Shown here piece by piece: positions 40,764 through 53,006 of a stretch of DNA of 64,000 nt (position 1 is its first letter; each line of letters begins with the position of its first letter). The translations under genes and the position numbers were made by a program. Origin of the DNA: Cystobasidiomycetes sp. EMM_F5 (Eukaryota); contig JBPGPT010000002.1 of the NCBI GenBank assembly GCA_051047955.1, positions 806,001-870,000 on the forward strand, written 5' to 3'. Below the pieces are notes generated by a model. That model was given only the letters and a program-made list of their open reading frames with translations. It had not been told where the DNA came from and did not search any database.

Positions 40764-43523
40764 ATGAACCAGCCCCGGGCTAGCACTTCAACGGCTGCGT
40801 CGTCGAGCAATGCCGCCCAGTCGCCAAACAGCCATCAGCCAGTTGCGTCGGGCTCGCTCGCAACTCCGAGCGTCATAACATACGGCCAGGCGACCGTACG
40901 GGCGCGCATCGACAGAAATGTTCCCAGCAAGTCTGCGTTTCGTTGTTTCTTCATATCATCATCGCGCGAGAATACTAACGTCGCTTTTCGTTGCTGAAAA
41001 CTGACAGTCCAGGAGATTTTACGGTAATGAGTGTTGACACAAGGTTGTGTCAGGATAATGATGATTGCATACACTCTGTCACTCCCAGCCAACTATGCAA
41101 CGCTCCGCAATTCGCAATCTCCGACCCGCCAGAGATGTTTGCACTGCGCGACTCGAAAAACGACGAACTCGTAACAGAGTCCAATCTACATCGCAAAATT
41201 GACAATCAAACGTCATTCAAGCTCGTAGCATCACCAATGGTCGAAGCTATTGAGAATGTGGAGAAATTGCAGAGCGGAGACCAATCATCCAAGAAACAGG
41301 CTACCTTTAGTCTGCGAACTCACATCAAGGTTGGCGGGGCTTTTCGATACATGTCATAGTCATAGTCACTGATCTGATAGAGTGCATTGATGGCAGGAAG
41401 AAGCCTTCGTCGACGAGTTTATCAAGATTCACGGTATCAATGCCTTGGCCGGCGTCATACAAACCGCTTCGGGAAATACACTAGCGTACGCTCTGAGCGC
41501 CATGCAGTCTATTCTCGACCTCAATCTCGGATGGTCATCACTTGATGGACGCCTTGTGTCGCGAGTGGTGGCCATAGTCGGATCGCAGCAGCTCGTCAAC
41601 GTTACACGACCCGCTCTTCATATCCTCCGCAAGCTAATTGCAGCAGAAGTACGCAAGGACAGACCTGTGTGTGGATACAGCGCCGTATGGCTGTACATGA
41701 GTGCAGACACTGCCTTCTTCAAGGCGATAGCGACTCGATTGGCTAGGGAGAGTGACAAATTATTAATGAGCAGCGCTCTGGCTCTCCTCAACGCCATCAT
41801 GCGAAACGTCACTGCAGATTTATTTTACGAGACTATCGATACATTGGAGAAGTACAATTTTCGCAAAGCAGTCATTGTGAGTTTGAACTTCAATAACGAA
41901 TTTGGAGGAACAGGATTTGACTTCTCTATTCCTCTAGTCACTCATCGAGAACCGCACGGAAGACGTCACTCCTGCTATTCTGCAATTTCAACAAAACTGG
42001 GCAAATATATGGCATAGACAGCAATCGCTGCCTGTAGACGTTTCAGACAGTCGGCAACGGGCACTACTAGATTTCGTCTTGTCGGCCGCCGGACTCGGAA
42101 TTCAGTCCAACACCGACTCGCAGGCAGGTGATATACCATTCAAGCAACTCGGGTTCTCTGGCAGACATCTCGCAGCGATCTCCGCTGATTGTAATGAGAG
42201 CGGGGCTGGTCTACTTGGCTTGAGCACTTTGCATACTCTCGCATCCGTGCGGCCAGAGGACTTTTCTAGGCTCGTGAAGGAGCAAGTCAATCGACCATCA
42301 AATCGACGATGCCCGATAGCAATAGTATCGCTACAAGTATCGCGAATCCTCAGTGAACAATTCGACTTTTCTGGATCTCTCGCATCAGCCTCCTTTCAAC
42401 CTTTTCTGCTCGACTACTATCGCGTACACTATCTCGTCTTGGAGTTTTTCGTACGCATCTTTGGAGAATCCGGTGCCACGACTGCCGATATTGATCGTGT
42501 CGCAATGTTGACTGCAAGCGAAGTTGCTACAGTTATTGGCAGGGGCGTGGTAGAGTATATGTCGCCCGTAACTGGGCAACTAGAGCCAAAGACGTACTTT
42601 ACCATCAAGCAGGAATTCGAAGAGGCAAAGTATGAAGAAGTGCGAGACCGACAGATGAAGGAGATGGAGATTGAAGATGATTTGCTGTCGAAGCTACCTG
42701 TTCGGTGCGTTGTGTTCCTTTTCGCCTCCGGCCTTACTGAGAGACATGGCGTGACTGCAGTACTTTGCGAGATAGACTGTATCGCGAAAGTTTCGAGTTT
42801 GTCAAGGCGCAACGGATACACTGCATGCAGCTCGGCGCATGGTTCACCGTACTAACGCCGTCAATCCTCGTCAGTAGTACAAATTCGCAACGGCAGAGAC
42901 TTGGAGCCGGTACTCGGTACCGGTTCTGCAGACTTGCGCCAAACAGGCGTTACGTGCATTGGCTGGAAGCGGCAGAAAGGAGACCCATCCGACCCGGCCT
43001 AGAAGAGTTCTCAGATAAGTGTGAGTACTGTATGCAAAGGCGGATTTCATTCTTCAACACTGATATTTTGACGATATGAGCAGTAGATTTGTCGAGAGTC
43101 ACCGAAATCATATCGGGCATTACTGGTCGGACGAGTAGTAGTCTCCATCGCTCACACTCTGGCTCGACCTCACCCATCAACAGTTCCGGCAGTCTACGAT
43201 CGCCGAAAATATTGAGTCCGACGGGTGGAGCTGGCAACACGACAACGCACCCTCTAGGCCTTACACTCATCAGTCAGGACACAGTCGTCGCCGACATGGT
43301 AGCTCCCGATGCAGATACACTGAGTGAATGGATAGACGGCCTCAACCTCTTGACGGATGGCTACATTGCGACACAAACATCTGCAGAATATATTCAGACG
43401 CTTACCGATATTGGCGTCAAGGCGCGCTTATTGGAGATAACGGGCGAACGGGTCAATGTTCCCACGTCCGTGCCTGTACCTCCACCCCCGCCTGCGAGTA
43501 TACCGTTCTATTACGCCGATTAG
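40764..43523 (+). CDS. ELMO: ELMO/CED-12 family protein (ELMO domain, PH domain, C-terminal Pro-rich motif)
   Basis: 'GNTLAYALSAM', 'LVNVTRPALHIL', 'FKQLGFS...GLLGL', 'CPIAIVS', 'FVKAQRIHCMQLGAWF', 'EWIDGLNLL', 'PVPPPPP'. Confidence 0.9.
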
Positions 43524-43657
43524 GATGACGGGGTAAATGTTGTATCGATCGATTGACTGGGCATTTGGTATGCAATGCACGCTTCGGTTGCGCCAAATGC
43601 GGATGAACACACGCTACAATACCGCTTGCATTCGACCTTCGCCATGCTGAAAGACTT

Positions 43658-44666
43658 CTAATCGCCGTCATTGTGACCCGGAACGAAGAACGTGAGCACA
43701 CCACCGAGATCCACCTCGCTCGCTCGGTGTCCGCCAATGTACAGGTAGAAGATGGCACAATGACCTTGGCAGATGCCTGAGACTGCAATCAGCTGGAGTC
43801 GTCGGACGGATATCAAGGTTGTCCTACAGCAGATAGTATGACTGCCGTTGGCCAGTGCAGACAGGAGCTTGATAAAATGCTTAGCTTCGAGGGAGACATC
43901 GTGAAACTGATCGAGGTCCTCTTCGGACTCGTCTTGGTTGGACGCTTGTGCCGCTGCTGCATCTGGATGTGTCAAATTTCTCCACTCGGTCTGTACATTC
44001 GCTAGTTCACTTTCAACTCGCATCCGCAGGATTCCGCGACGGTTTGAAGATAGAGTGATGACGCTTCCCAAGGACTTCATACGATCGGCTACACCGCGCA
44101 TGAGGTCGATAGGCTGAGGCAGCATTATGGATACATCTGGCTCGGGGCACATTGGTTCTTTTGCCATTTCTTCGAGCTCTTGTAGTTTAAGCACGCGCAC
44201 GAGAACTTCTTGGTTGATAGTCATGGAGTTGCCGGAGCGTGATTGCCCGGATATAGCAAATGAGAGAACAGGTCGATTATCGCTGCTTCGTTTTGCGAGT
44301 CTGAGCGTAATTTGGGTAGCTCCATCGCACGATTTGAGCGCCTTTGACAAGGACGAAGGAATGAATTCGAGAAAGATCTGATTGTCACAGTTGCTCTCGA
44401 TGCGGTATTCTGAAAACACGGACGGGACATTGATTTGAGCCCATACTTGGGGACCGCCAGAGGTATTGGCGTCTCCCGCGCAGATGATGTAGATTCTGTC
44501 GAGCGTGAGCTTGAGTACGCCTCGTTGAGACAGCTTCTCCACGGAGGAAACGAGACCTGCATCAGCAATTTACGCGTAAGTATAAAGAATCCGTCAATCA
44601 GGGTCTTTGCAAAAGGCCCGCACGAATCAGCGCCGCGGAGTTGCAAATCTCAGCTTTGAAACGCAT
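43658..44666 (-). CDS. HUS1: 9-1-1 checkpoint clamp subunit Hus1/Mec3
   Basis: Spliced start MRFKAEI.., 'GPQVWAQI...FSEYRIES..DNQIFLE', 'LRLAKR', 'EPMCPEPDVSIMLP', and end 'GGVLTFFVPG'. Confidence 0.92.
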
Positions 44667-44762
44667 AATATCATTGTTAAATCAGTTGGTCGTGTTGACG
44701 AAAGAAAGAGAAATAACGAAACACAACTTTGAGACAGAGTCAATTCAAGATCCGAAACAAAC

Positions 44763-45691
44763 ATGCAGACGGCGCTGCAGAATGACGCGGTGTCCAATAT
44801 CCTGAGCGGAAAGCGAGTCGTGCTGGCCTCAGCTAGTGCTCGGCGCAAGGAAATACTCGAAGAATGCCTGGGCTGGACTGGCTTCGAGGTCATACCGTCT
44901 ACATTTGAAGAGACGCTCAACCACGCCGAGTACGAAGGACGCGAGGCAGAGTACCCGGCCGACACATCGCTGTACAAGGTGAGTCTCCGCTTCTATGGTT
45001 GTAATATTTGCATTAATATTTGCATTTGCTGACTGGATCCCATCAGGCTTTGGAAGTTTATGAGCGCGAAGTGGTATGCTCCATAAAGATGCAGTGTCAT
45101 TCCGCACAGCCAGCCCTGACATACGCATTCTCTGCACACTTCTCTGCAAAGTGAAGCAAACGCATCCTGAGAATGCCCCAGACCTCGTCATCAGCGCCGA
45201 CACGATAGTCTTGCTGCCATCCACGTCCCCAGCATTTCCCGCAAAGATACTCGAAAAGCCCAACACAAAGTCAAACAACATGTCGATGCTGGAAGACCAG
45301 AACGGCAACCTCGTCAAATGCATCACCGGAATCACCGTCATCTTTCCAGGCCTAGTGAGTCCAGGCTACATTGTAAAGTGAGTTCGGCAAAGCTCGTATA
45401 CAGATGAAACGACGATCGTCCACTGATCCTCTAGTTTCCTCTCTGCTCAGATCAATGGTCGAAACGACCGAGGTCCGCTTTGCAGATTGCCCACCGTCAT
45501 TACTTGCAAGCTATGTCGAGCATGGCGAAGGCGTCGACCGAGCTGGCGGATGGGCAATTCAAGGACTCGCAAGTGTGCTGATACAGAGCATACAAGGAGA
45601 TTTCAACAACGTCAAAGGTTTTCCCGCCCACGCATTTTATGCCTTTCTACAGAATCTAATCGATGCTGAAGAGTTCCCGGCCGACACATAG
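44763..45691 (+). CDS. Maf/YhdE-like nucleoside triphosphate pyrophosphatase
   Basis: 'VVLASASARRKEIL', 'IPSTFEETL', 'LVISADTIV', 'ILEKP', 'YVEHGEGVDRAGGWAIQG', 'GDFNNVKGFP'. Confidence 0.93.
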
Positions 45692-46204
45692 ACAGGCATT
45701 TGAAGCGCGAGATGCTCAATAGCGGGCGTGAAAACCAAATCTAACCCGTATGTGCGCCCTGTTACACTACTGCATAATGGGCACAAGTCCGAATGGCTCA
45801 CATGCCGGGACTTCTGCTATACGAAAGAGGATAGCTACTTCAGAAGAGAGCAATACACGCCGTAGACCGTGGTGTACATCGTAAGGCTTCCGGCTTCTGC
45901 CAGATACGACTTTCGCATTCTCCGTTCGTATGTCCGGGCGTGGCGACAGTGACGTCTTGTACTCGTATTCCCGCACAAAAATCACAAGCTGCTCTAGTTG
46001 AATTGACAGCGCGCCCAGTATACTGTGGTCATAGTTGTAGACTCGCAGAGCTCAGCTCTGCTTTTGTGGATTTCTTGATAGTCTTTGCCGGAATTTTGCA
46101 TCCCATTTGCGCGGCAACGACATCAATCTTTTTTGAAGTCGAAGCCAGACTCATTTGTGTTCCATGCATTACTGATAGCTGGACTAGGCCATTACTGCTC
46201 AGGT

Positions 46205-49200
46205 ATGGGCGACGCAGGCTATGCGAGTCTGCCATCCATGCCAGCAATGATGCCTGGCTCTCCCGACCATCTTGGAGCGGGCCAGGCTGGTCACTACGAT
46301 AGAGCGCTGTCTAGGCCAGCGCCGTCAGACGGCAGCGTCGATATGGCTCAAAGCACGTATGCGGTATCGGCATCGTCGTCGTCTTCCTACGGCGGGACAG
46401 CGCAAAGTGCGACCAGTCCACCTTCCATACTGCCTTCATCTCGGGGTGCGATTCAAGAGGCTTCCTCGTCAGCTGGCAGCAGTGTTCCGAGCTCGAATCG
46501 TCAGGATACCGTGATGCGAAAGTCTTGCCAGCACTGCCGGTAAGTTGGGTTGGCAGCTTTGCATTTGGGCGACATTGCTTGACCTCTTTAAACGCCCAGT
46601 AAACGAAAGATCCGATGTCTACCTAGCGAGACTAACGAAGCAGTCTGCAAAGCGTGCGCTCACAAAGGCCAAGTCTGCGTCTTTGCACCACAGAGCACCA
46701 TGGGAAGACCTCCGAAAGGAAAGCGAGCGGAGAATCAGCAAGCCGACAGGACAACCGAGAAAGCAGACATGCGTCAGTCCCAGGCCTCACGAAAGACTGC
46801 GACCAGCGATCAGTCCACAGAATCTACATCTCCGCGGCAGACGTTTGAACAGCATCATCGACGCTTATCCGAACAGGCATCTATGCAGGCATCTATGCAG
46901 GCAGCAGAGCCGCCAAAGTTGTCTCGCTCGTCCGCGACGTACGTCGATGCGTCATCTCGCGCTCCGAGCCCTAAAAGGCGCAAATTCAGCCCCGAAAGCC
47001 CTGCTTCATATCACCATTATGCAGATTATACCAGTGGCTATGCTGCTCAGCCAGTGCTTCCCCTGCCTCAACCATATTCGGCAGCACCATCATTGTCAAC
47101 CCTCCCGCTCCCTCATGTTTACCCCGGTATGTTGAAAGGCACTCGTGTGCAACGGCAACGACTAATATCTAACCCTACAGGCTACCCCGCTTTCAACGAT
47201 TATCGCAATGTTGTGTCAATGTACGGGCATCAAATGCAAATGTCTCTCACTCCTTCGCACCCTCCTTCGTCATATCATTTATACTCGAAACAAATCTTGC
47301 CACCGGTGTTGGCCTCTGCCACGCCCTCCACTCCATTTACAGACAGTGGGAGTCGTAGTATTCCGCCACAGTACACAGCAGAGTTCGAGAGGCCTTCATC
47401 GTCCCGTCATGCGGCCAAACCTGTTAACACAACAACAAAGTCACCCACCAGTACGAATTTCAAGGGGCTTTCGCCACGAGATCCGCAATCCTCAAAAATT
47501 CAAAGCGATTCTCGTGAAGGGAGAACTTCGGCCTCAACTAGAATACACACTGCCGTTGATGCTTTCCAAGCCTTCCGAGACGACACCTTGCTTGACATTG
47601 TGAGCTCCTTTCACGACATGAGCGCGAGCAGCGGTTCGAGCAGGCCGGTACATCAGTCTCCAGACCTATCCTCCCTCAACAGTGTACCTAGCCGCAAGTG
47701 GCGGGTATTGGCCGCTCGCGCCATGTCGCTGCGGGATTCCAAGGTTGATTTAGCGACTAGCAGTAATGCTCCCGCAGGATATGCGAGATCGCTTGTCGCT
47801 CCGCTGTGGGAGCACATACCTCTGGATGTTATTGCACTCGTCACGACCGGGCGCCCTTCGTGCTCAGGGCCTTCTCATCAGAGGGCATCCCGCCTACAGG
47901 CCGTTAGTGCTCTACGCGGACCGCCGAGCGAAGACTCGCTGTATGTGCGCCTACTCCGGGAAGACGAATCTACCGACTTCCGCATCCGGGAAGTGCACGA
48001 CGACGCACGTAACAATCGCAGCCCGCATCTGAAGTATGCGCCGACAAAGGCAGCCGTTAGCCAGTTCTTTGACGCGTATTGCGCGCGACATCCGTTTGCA
48101 TCCGTCATTCTGAATGAAAAATGCTTCAAGGAGGACCTGCAGAATGATTGTGCCAGCGATGTGTTAATCAACGTCGTGGTGGGTTCGGCTCTTGCAAGAG
48201 CGCCGTGTCTTCTGGAAGAGGGTGGAAACGATGCTACAGACATTGGAAACTATTTCTTCGACTACGTTCAGGATCAGCTGCTTGCCCGTAAAGTTTCAGA
48301 TGCATTGGATCTTAGCACGATACAATCTCTGATCCTCTGGGGAAGTCATGAGCAATCTCATATGCGCACGCGTCGGAGTGCGGCTCTGTTCAGCTGTGCC
48401 GAAATCTTATTGCGAGAGCGTCTCAAGCGCAATCAGCAAAACCCAACCTGGGCGTCAGCAGCTTCATCTCAATCACGGGATATGGTCGAAAATGAGCTCA
48501 CAGTCAATTGTCTGTGGATGATTGGTGAGCTGTCTTACAGTCACTAGCTTACGGATACTGACTGCTTGTTACGGTAAAATTAACACCCAATCCAGCCATC
48601 CTCAGCTCGTGGGCATCACTCTCCATGCTCTTACCGCAAAGCAGCATAGCAGCAAATATAACGGATCTTCCTATGCCGCCTAGTAGCACTGCCACGTCTT
48701 TGTCTTTCGCCTACTCATATCTGAACTCCGCAGCTCCTCCAACGAATCTTCAGCATTCGGTCCGCAAAACGATCGAGCGATTCAGCGAAACGTCTCAGCT
48801 TCTGAGTGTTATTGTCACGCTCAAAAATCAAGCTCAGTTGAAAATGTTGCTCAACCCTGAGCCCGGCCGGTCCATCAAGCCTCACTTAGACAACTCCGCT
48901 GCTGACCCGAACATAGCTAGATGGCTGGTAGACTTGGCAACGTGGTTCAAAGTCTCTGGTGATTCGCAAGCGCTCATACAGCAAGCCGTGGAGGGCGACA
49001 AGGCATCATCGGCAATGGTGGCGTCAAGGCAAACGAATATGTCTAACGCATCTCGCGCATTCCTTGTGGTCACGCACGCTATTCTGGCTCTTCATCAGCT
49101 GTTACCATATGCGAAGCCGACGGGTGAAGCAGATCATGGTGCTCCTTCACCATTGCCCACCGTTGAATCACTCAAGACAGCCATGGACGCGCTCCGTCTT

Positions 49201-50211
49201 CTGTCTCTGTCTGTTGACGTCAACAGCATGGACGGTGTAACTCGCACGCAAGCTCTATTGTTCGATGCTATGCCGAGAATCGTGGGAATATTGGATCTCT
49301 TCACCAGCACGGCGCTGGAATCGCTCGATCACTTCATCCTGGTCACCACCAGTCACGATACCTTGCGAGCTCTGCTAGCGGATCTGAGCAATGCTTGCGA
49401 CATGCTCGACGATACGACGCCAGACCAGCATACTGTCGGGCGTAGACTAGCGTTCGAACGTGCTGCGACTGCGCTACGATCGGTAGCTTCCGTCGGTAGC
49501 GACTATAGGGAAGACAGGCCAAATATAGATCTTCGTGACGAAGTTTTGCCAGGCAACACTGGTGTCAGGCCGTCAACCGATAGCCATACTCAGCTGCAGC
49601 TACCCGATATTGAAGAGAAGCCTACGCTAACCTCCCGCGAGATCCCTGCACACTCTTCCTTGGGAGTGCACCAGCACATAGACAGACATGTTCTCCCTGA
49701 ATCACTGTCATCTTCGTCCGCATCCACGCCAGCCGACAGCACAAGAATGCCATGGCTAGCAGACAGAAATGAGCCTAGTCGTGTCATTCGGCAAAGCGAA
49801 GTGCAGCGTGGCAGTAATTATGCACACGTCGAACATCTGCAACCTATCAATACGCACCACAGATACTCATTTGCGGACTCTGAGGCGTCGTTCCCGACTA
49901 CTTCCCCTTCACTCAATAGTCCATCATCTTACCCATACGTGTCTGCAATGCAATACTATGGTGATGCTGAAGGGCAATACCGCTCAATGGCCTCACAGTA
50001 TCCCCATGAACCCCATGCACAATACCATGAGGGCATGTATTCCCCGTCATTTGGGGAGTCGCGCCTATCAACCGGGTACCAGCACTCTCCGTCCGTTGGC
50101 GAACCAGAGTTGCCCGACCCGTACCGAGATCACTTCAAGAATCACTACCATCAACAACATATGCAGCCCAGTCCATACCAGCAGACCCATCATCAGTTCA
50201 TTCCGCAGTAG
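46205..50211 (+). CDS. Zn(II)2Cys6 fungal transcription factor with middle-homology-like region
   Basis: Spliced cluster CQHCR|KRKIRC-x9-CKAC-x6-CVF followed by 'MGRPPKGKR'. The mid-region has 'FFDAYCARHPFASVILNEKCF' and 'STIQSLILWGSHE'. The tail is Q/H/P/Y-rich. Confidence 0.88.
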
Positions 50212-50351
50212 CATAGCATCATCGGCATACGTCTGCAAGCCCATATACTTGCATGCTTGAGAAACCTGTAGCATAGAAGCCGCGTATAGGCCATCAGAAT
50301 CAGGCGTTTCTGTTGAGTGTTTCATTCCATATTTGCCGTCTATTTCCGTGC

Positions 50352-52628
50352 ATGACCTCTAGCTCTGAGCAAATGCTTCGAACGCCGCTGGTCATGGCGT
50401 CGTCAAAGCCGGCGTCGACCTCTCGGACTGGCTTCCATATCCGAGCCAAGCTGCTGTCTGCCGCCAACACTGCGCTCAGCAGTGCCAGCTCGCTCGTCAA
50501 TAATGTCCTCGACGGCGAGGATGACGATGGAACGCCAAAGGCTCCCAAGCCCAGCCTGTATACGGACGAGCGATGTCTGGTGTTTGTGCGTCGAGTAAGA
50601 AACCGTGCGGACAATTGACTTGGCTGAAGTAATGTTTCCAGCCTGGTTGGGCGTACATCCGCGACTCTGAACTAACAGTCGGGATAGAAGGCTTCGCTTT
50701 CGGACTGAGACCACTTGAATCTGGTCAGTCTGAATGACCCATCGCACTCCCCGTTGTTGCTTAAACGCTAATGTATACTCGTCTTTGACCCGCGACGTCA
50801 TGCAAACAGCTTCGCGAACGCAAAAGCTCTTTGTCTCCGCAGCCAGGCAGCTGACGAGCTTGCCCAATATTTCAAAGACGAGCTTGACCGAAGAGCCGCT
50901 CGATATGGAACTCCCGCCAGACTCGCTAAAGGAGGAAATGCACAAGTTTGACCAACACAACAAGGTCGTGCAGGCGCCCACTACTGAACGAACGCTTGCC
51001 GACACTCTGGCAGCAACAAGTATATCTTCAAATGGTGCAGCTTCGACAAGTACAGCTTCCTTACAACCCGTACGTCCGCCGCGACGGAGAGGGACGGGCT
51101 CCAGTTTCGCAAGCATAAGTTCAGCATTCTCAAGCAATACCAGCAGTACCGCAACCATGAAGCCGCTAGCTAAAGTCACATATTCAAACGCCAGTTTGCA
51201 CATACTTCACGAGAATCTAAATACTCGTTTACGCCTCTTCTTTTCGCAAAAGCTGGTCGGGAGGCGGATACGGGTCTCGGTATACCTACTTCCGCAAGCT
51301 ACCGAAGCGGAGACGTGCGTCGCCAAAGGCACCTTAGTCACTGAACTCGGTGGTGTCTTCAAGTCGTCAATATGCGTGCCATGGCCAGGAGGAGACTCGC
51401 ATGGGAGGAAGCTGCGAGTGCGGACAGAGTTACTGCAGGACGCTCTTGATGGAGCGGAGGCTACCGTTGACGATCAAAGAAGTCACGATCAAGCAATGAA
51501 GAGGTGCGATGATGCTGTGGTGGCATTGACGGCATCGTCGGCTCCAATACGCGTGATATCGGACATTGACGATACCATCAAGATGACGCATGTGCTAGGT
51601 GGAATGAAGACAGTCATACGGAACGTCTTTACGCGCCCGCACGAGGAGCTGCAGTGCGATGGCATGAAGGATTGGTATTGGGACATGTATGAGCGCGGAG
51701 CTTGCTTCCACTTTGTCAGCAATTCGCCATTTGAGCTGTTTGGAGTGCTCAGAGAATACCTTCAAGTAGCTGGATTCCCGCCAGGCAAGTCTGATGCGCG
51801 ATCCTGGAGGATTACCGGACTAACTTGGCTAGCCTCAGGTTCTATGCGCTTGAAGGAGTACGGCGGTGGTAATGGGTCTCTTTTTGGAGGTTTGTGGGAG
51901 CAGGCAGGAGCTAGGAAGAGAGGAGGTTTGGAGGAGATTCTACGAGTAGGTCGAATTGCTACTCTACCCGGGCATAATTGGCTTAATTGGCTGCACAGAC
52001 ATTCACTGACTCCCGCTTCATACTCGTTGGAGACAGTGGAGAGCAGGATCTCGAAGTGTACGCTTCGTTAGCTCGCCAATTTCCTCGACAGATATTGGGC
52101 ATCTTCATTCGCGATGTCACTACCCCACTTCCCCGCAGCGGCGATAAATTTCAAGCAACCAGCATTACGGAATCGCAGCGGCAGAACGGCGGAGACAGTG
52201 AACACCTTGCTCCTCCTCTTCCACCTCGTCCACGTACTGTGCGACGTAAATCGGATGCTGAACAGGCCAAGTTGCTTGTCGATCTGGCAGCCGATGATGT
52301 CAGTCATCATCAGGACGCTTCGCAATTCGAGGCGAATGTTCAGGAAGTACGAGACTCACCGACCCTTGATCAGTCTGCTTCGATGGAGGATGAATCAGAC
52401 CTGCTCTCGCCAAATAACCCTCTAAGGCGCAACTCGATCGAGAGCGGCCACTTGATGCCGCTGGATGATCAAGGCTACACCGAGGTCGAGAGGAGGGTCG
52501 TCAACCTGTTTAATGACCGAGTCTTGCGTGCAAAGGCAGAGCTGCCGCCAAACACGCATCTGCGCATCTTTCGGGACGGGGCGGAGTGCAAGGCGGACGC
52601 TGTGCGACTCATGAACAGTAGCAGATGA
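50352..52628 (+). CDS. APP1: Phosphatidate phosphatase App1 (DUF2183, HAD-type)
   Basis: Catalytic 'VISDIDDTIK' (DxDxT), 'FHFVSNSPFEL', 'FPPG|SMRLKEY', 'FILVGDSGEQDLEVY...FIRDV', and SH3-ligand-like 'PPLPPRP'. Confidence 0.92.
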
Positions 52629-53006
52629 GGGGTGCAGTCCAAGTATCCCCTACTAAAACCTGCAAGTCTTGTAGGTGCAAGTAAGTGCCATATTGTCGTT
52701 GTCAACACATGTCTCCGCTCTCAATTCCATCTGTAACATAGCTTGCGCGCACACAGTCGCACATCCGCATTGTATCTACCAGTCCATTGTGCGTCGTGTC
52801 TGATGTCGCTTGTTGACGCTTCCGAGCCCGCGCTGCCATCCAACGCGGGTGTCTCCGGTACAGCTTCTGCTCCGGCTTTTCCGGAACGCAACTCCGAGCG
52901 AGGGCTTGACCGTCATTTTCGCGAGCAGCAGACCTGCGCGTACTTGGCTTTTGCACGAAAAGACATAGTGTGGGCGTCATTCTGGACAATATTGAACACA
53001 AACAAC

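Noticed and set aside
46874..46903. 12-nt tandem duplication CAGGCATCTATG x2 in the TF
   Set aside because: Trivial in-frame slippage (QASM repeat) in a disordered region.
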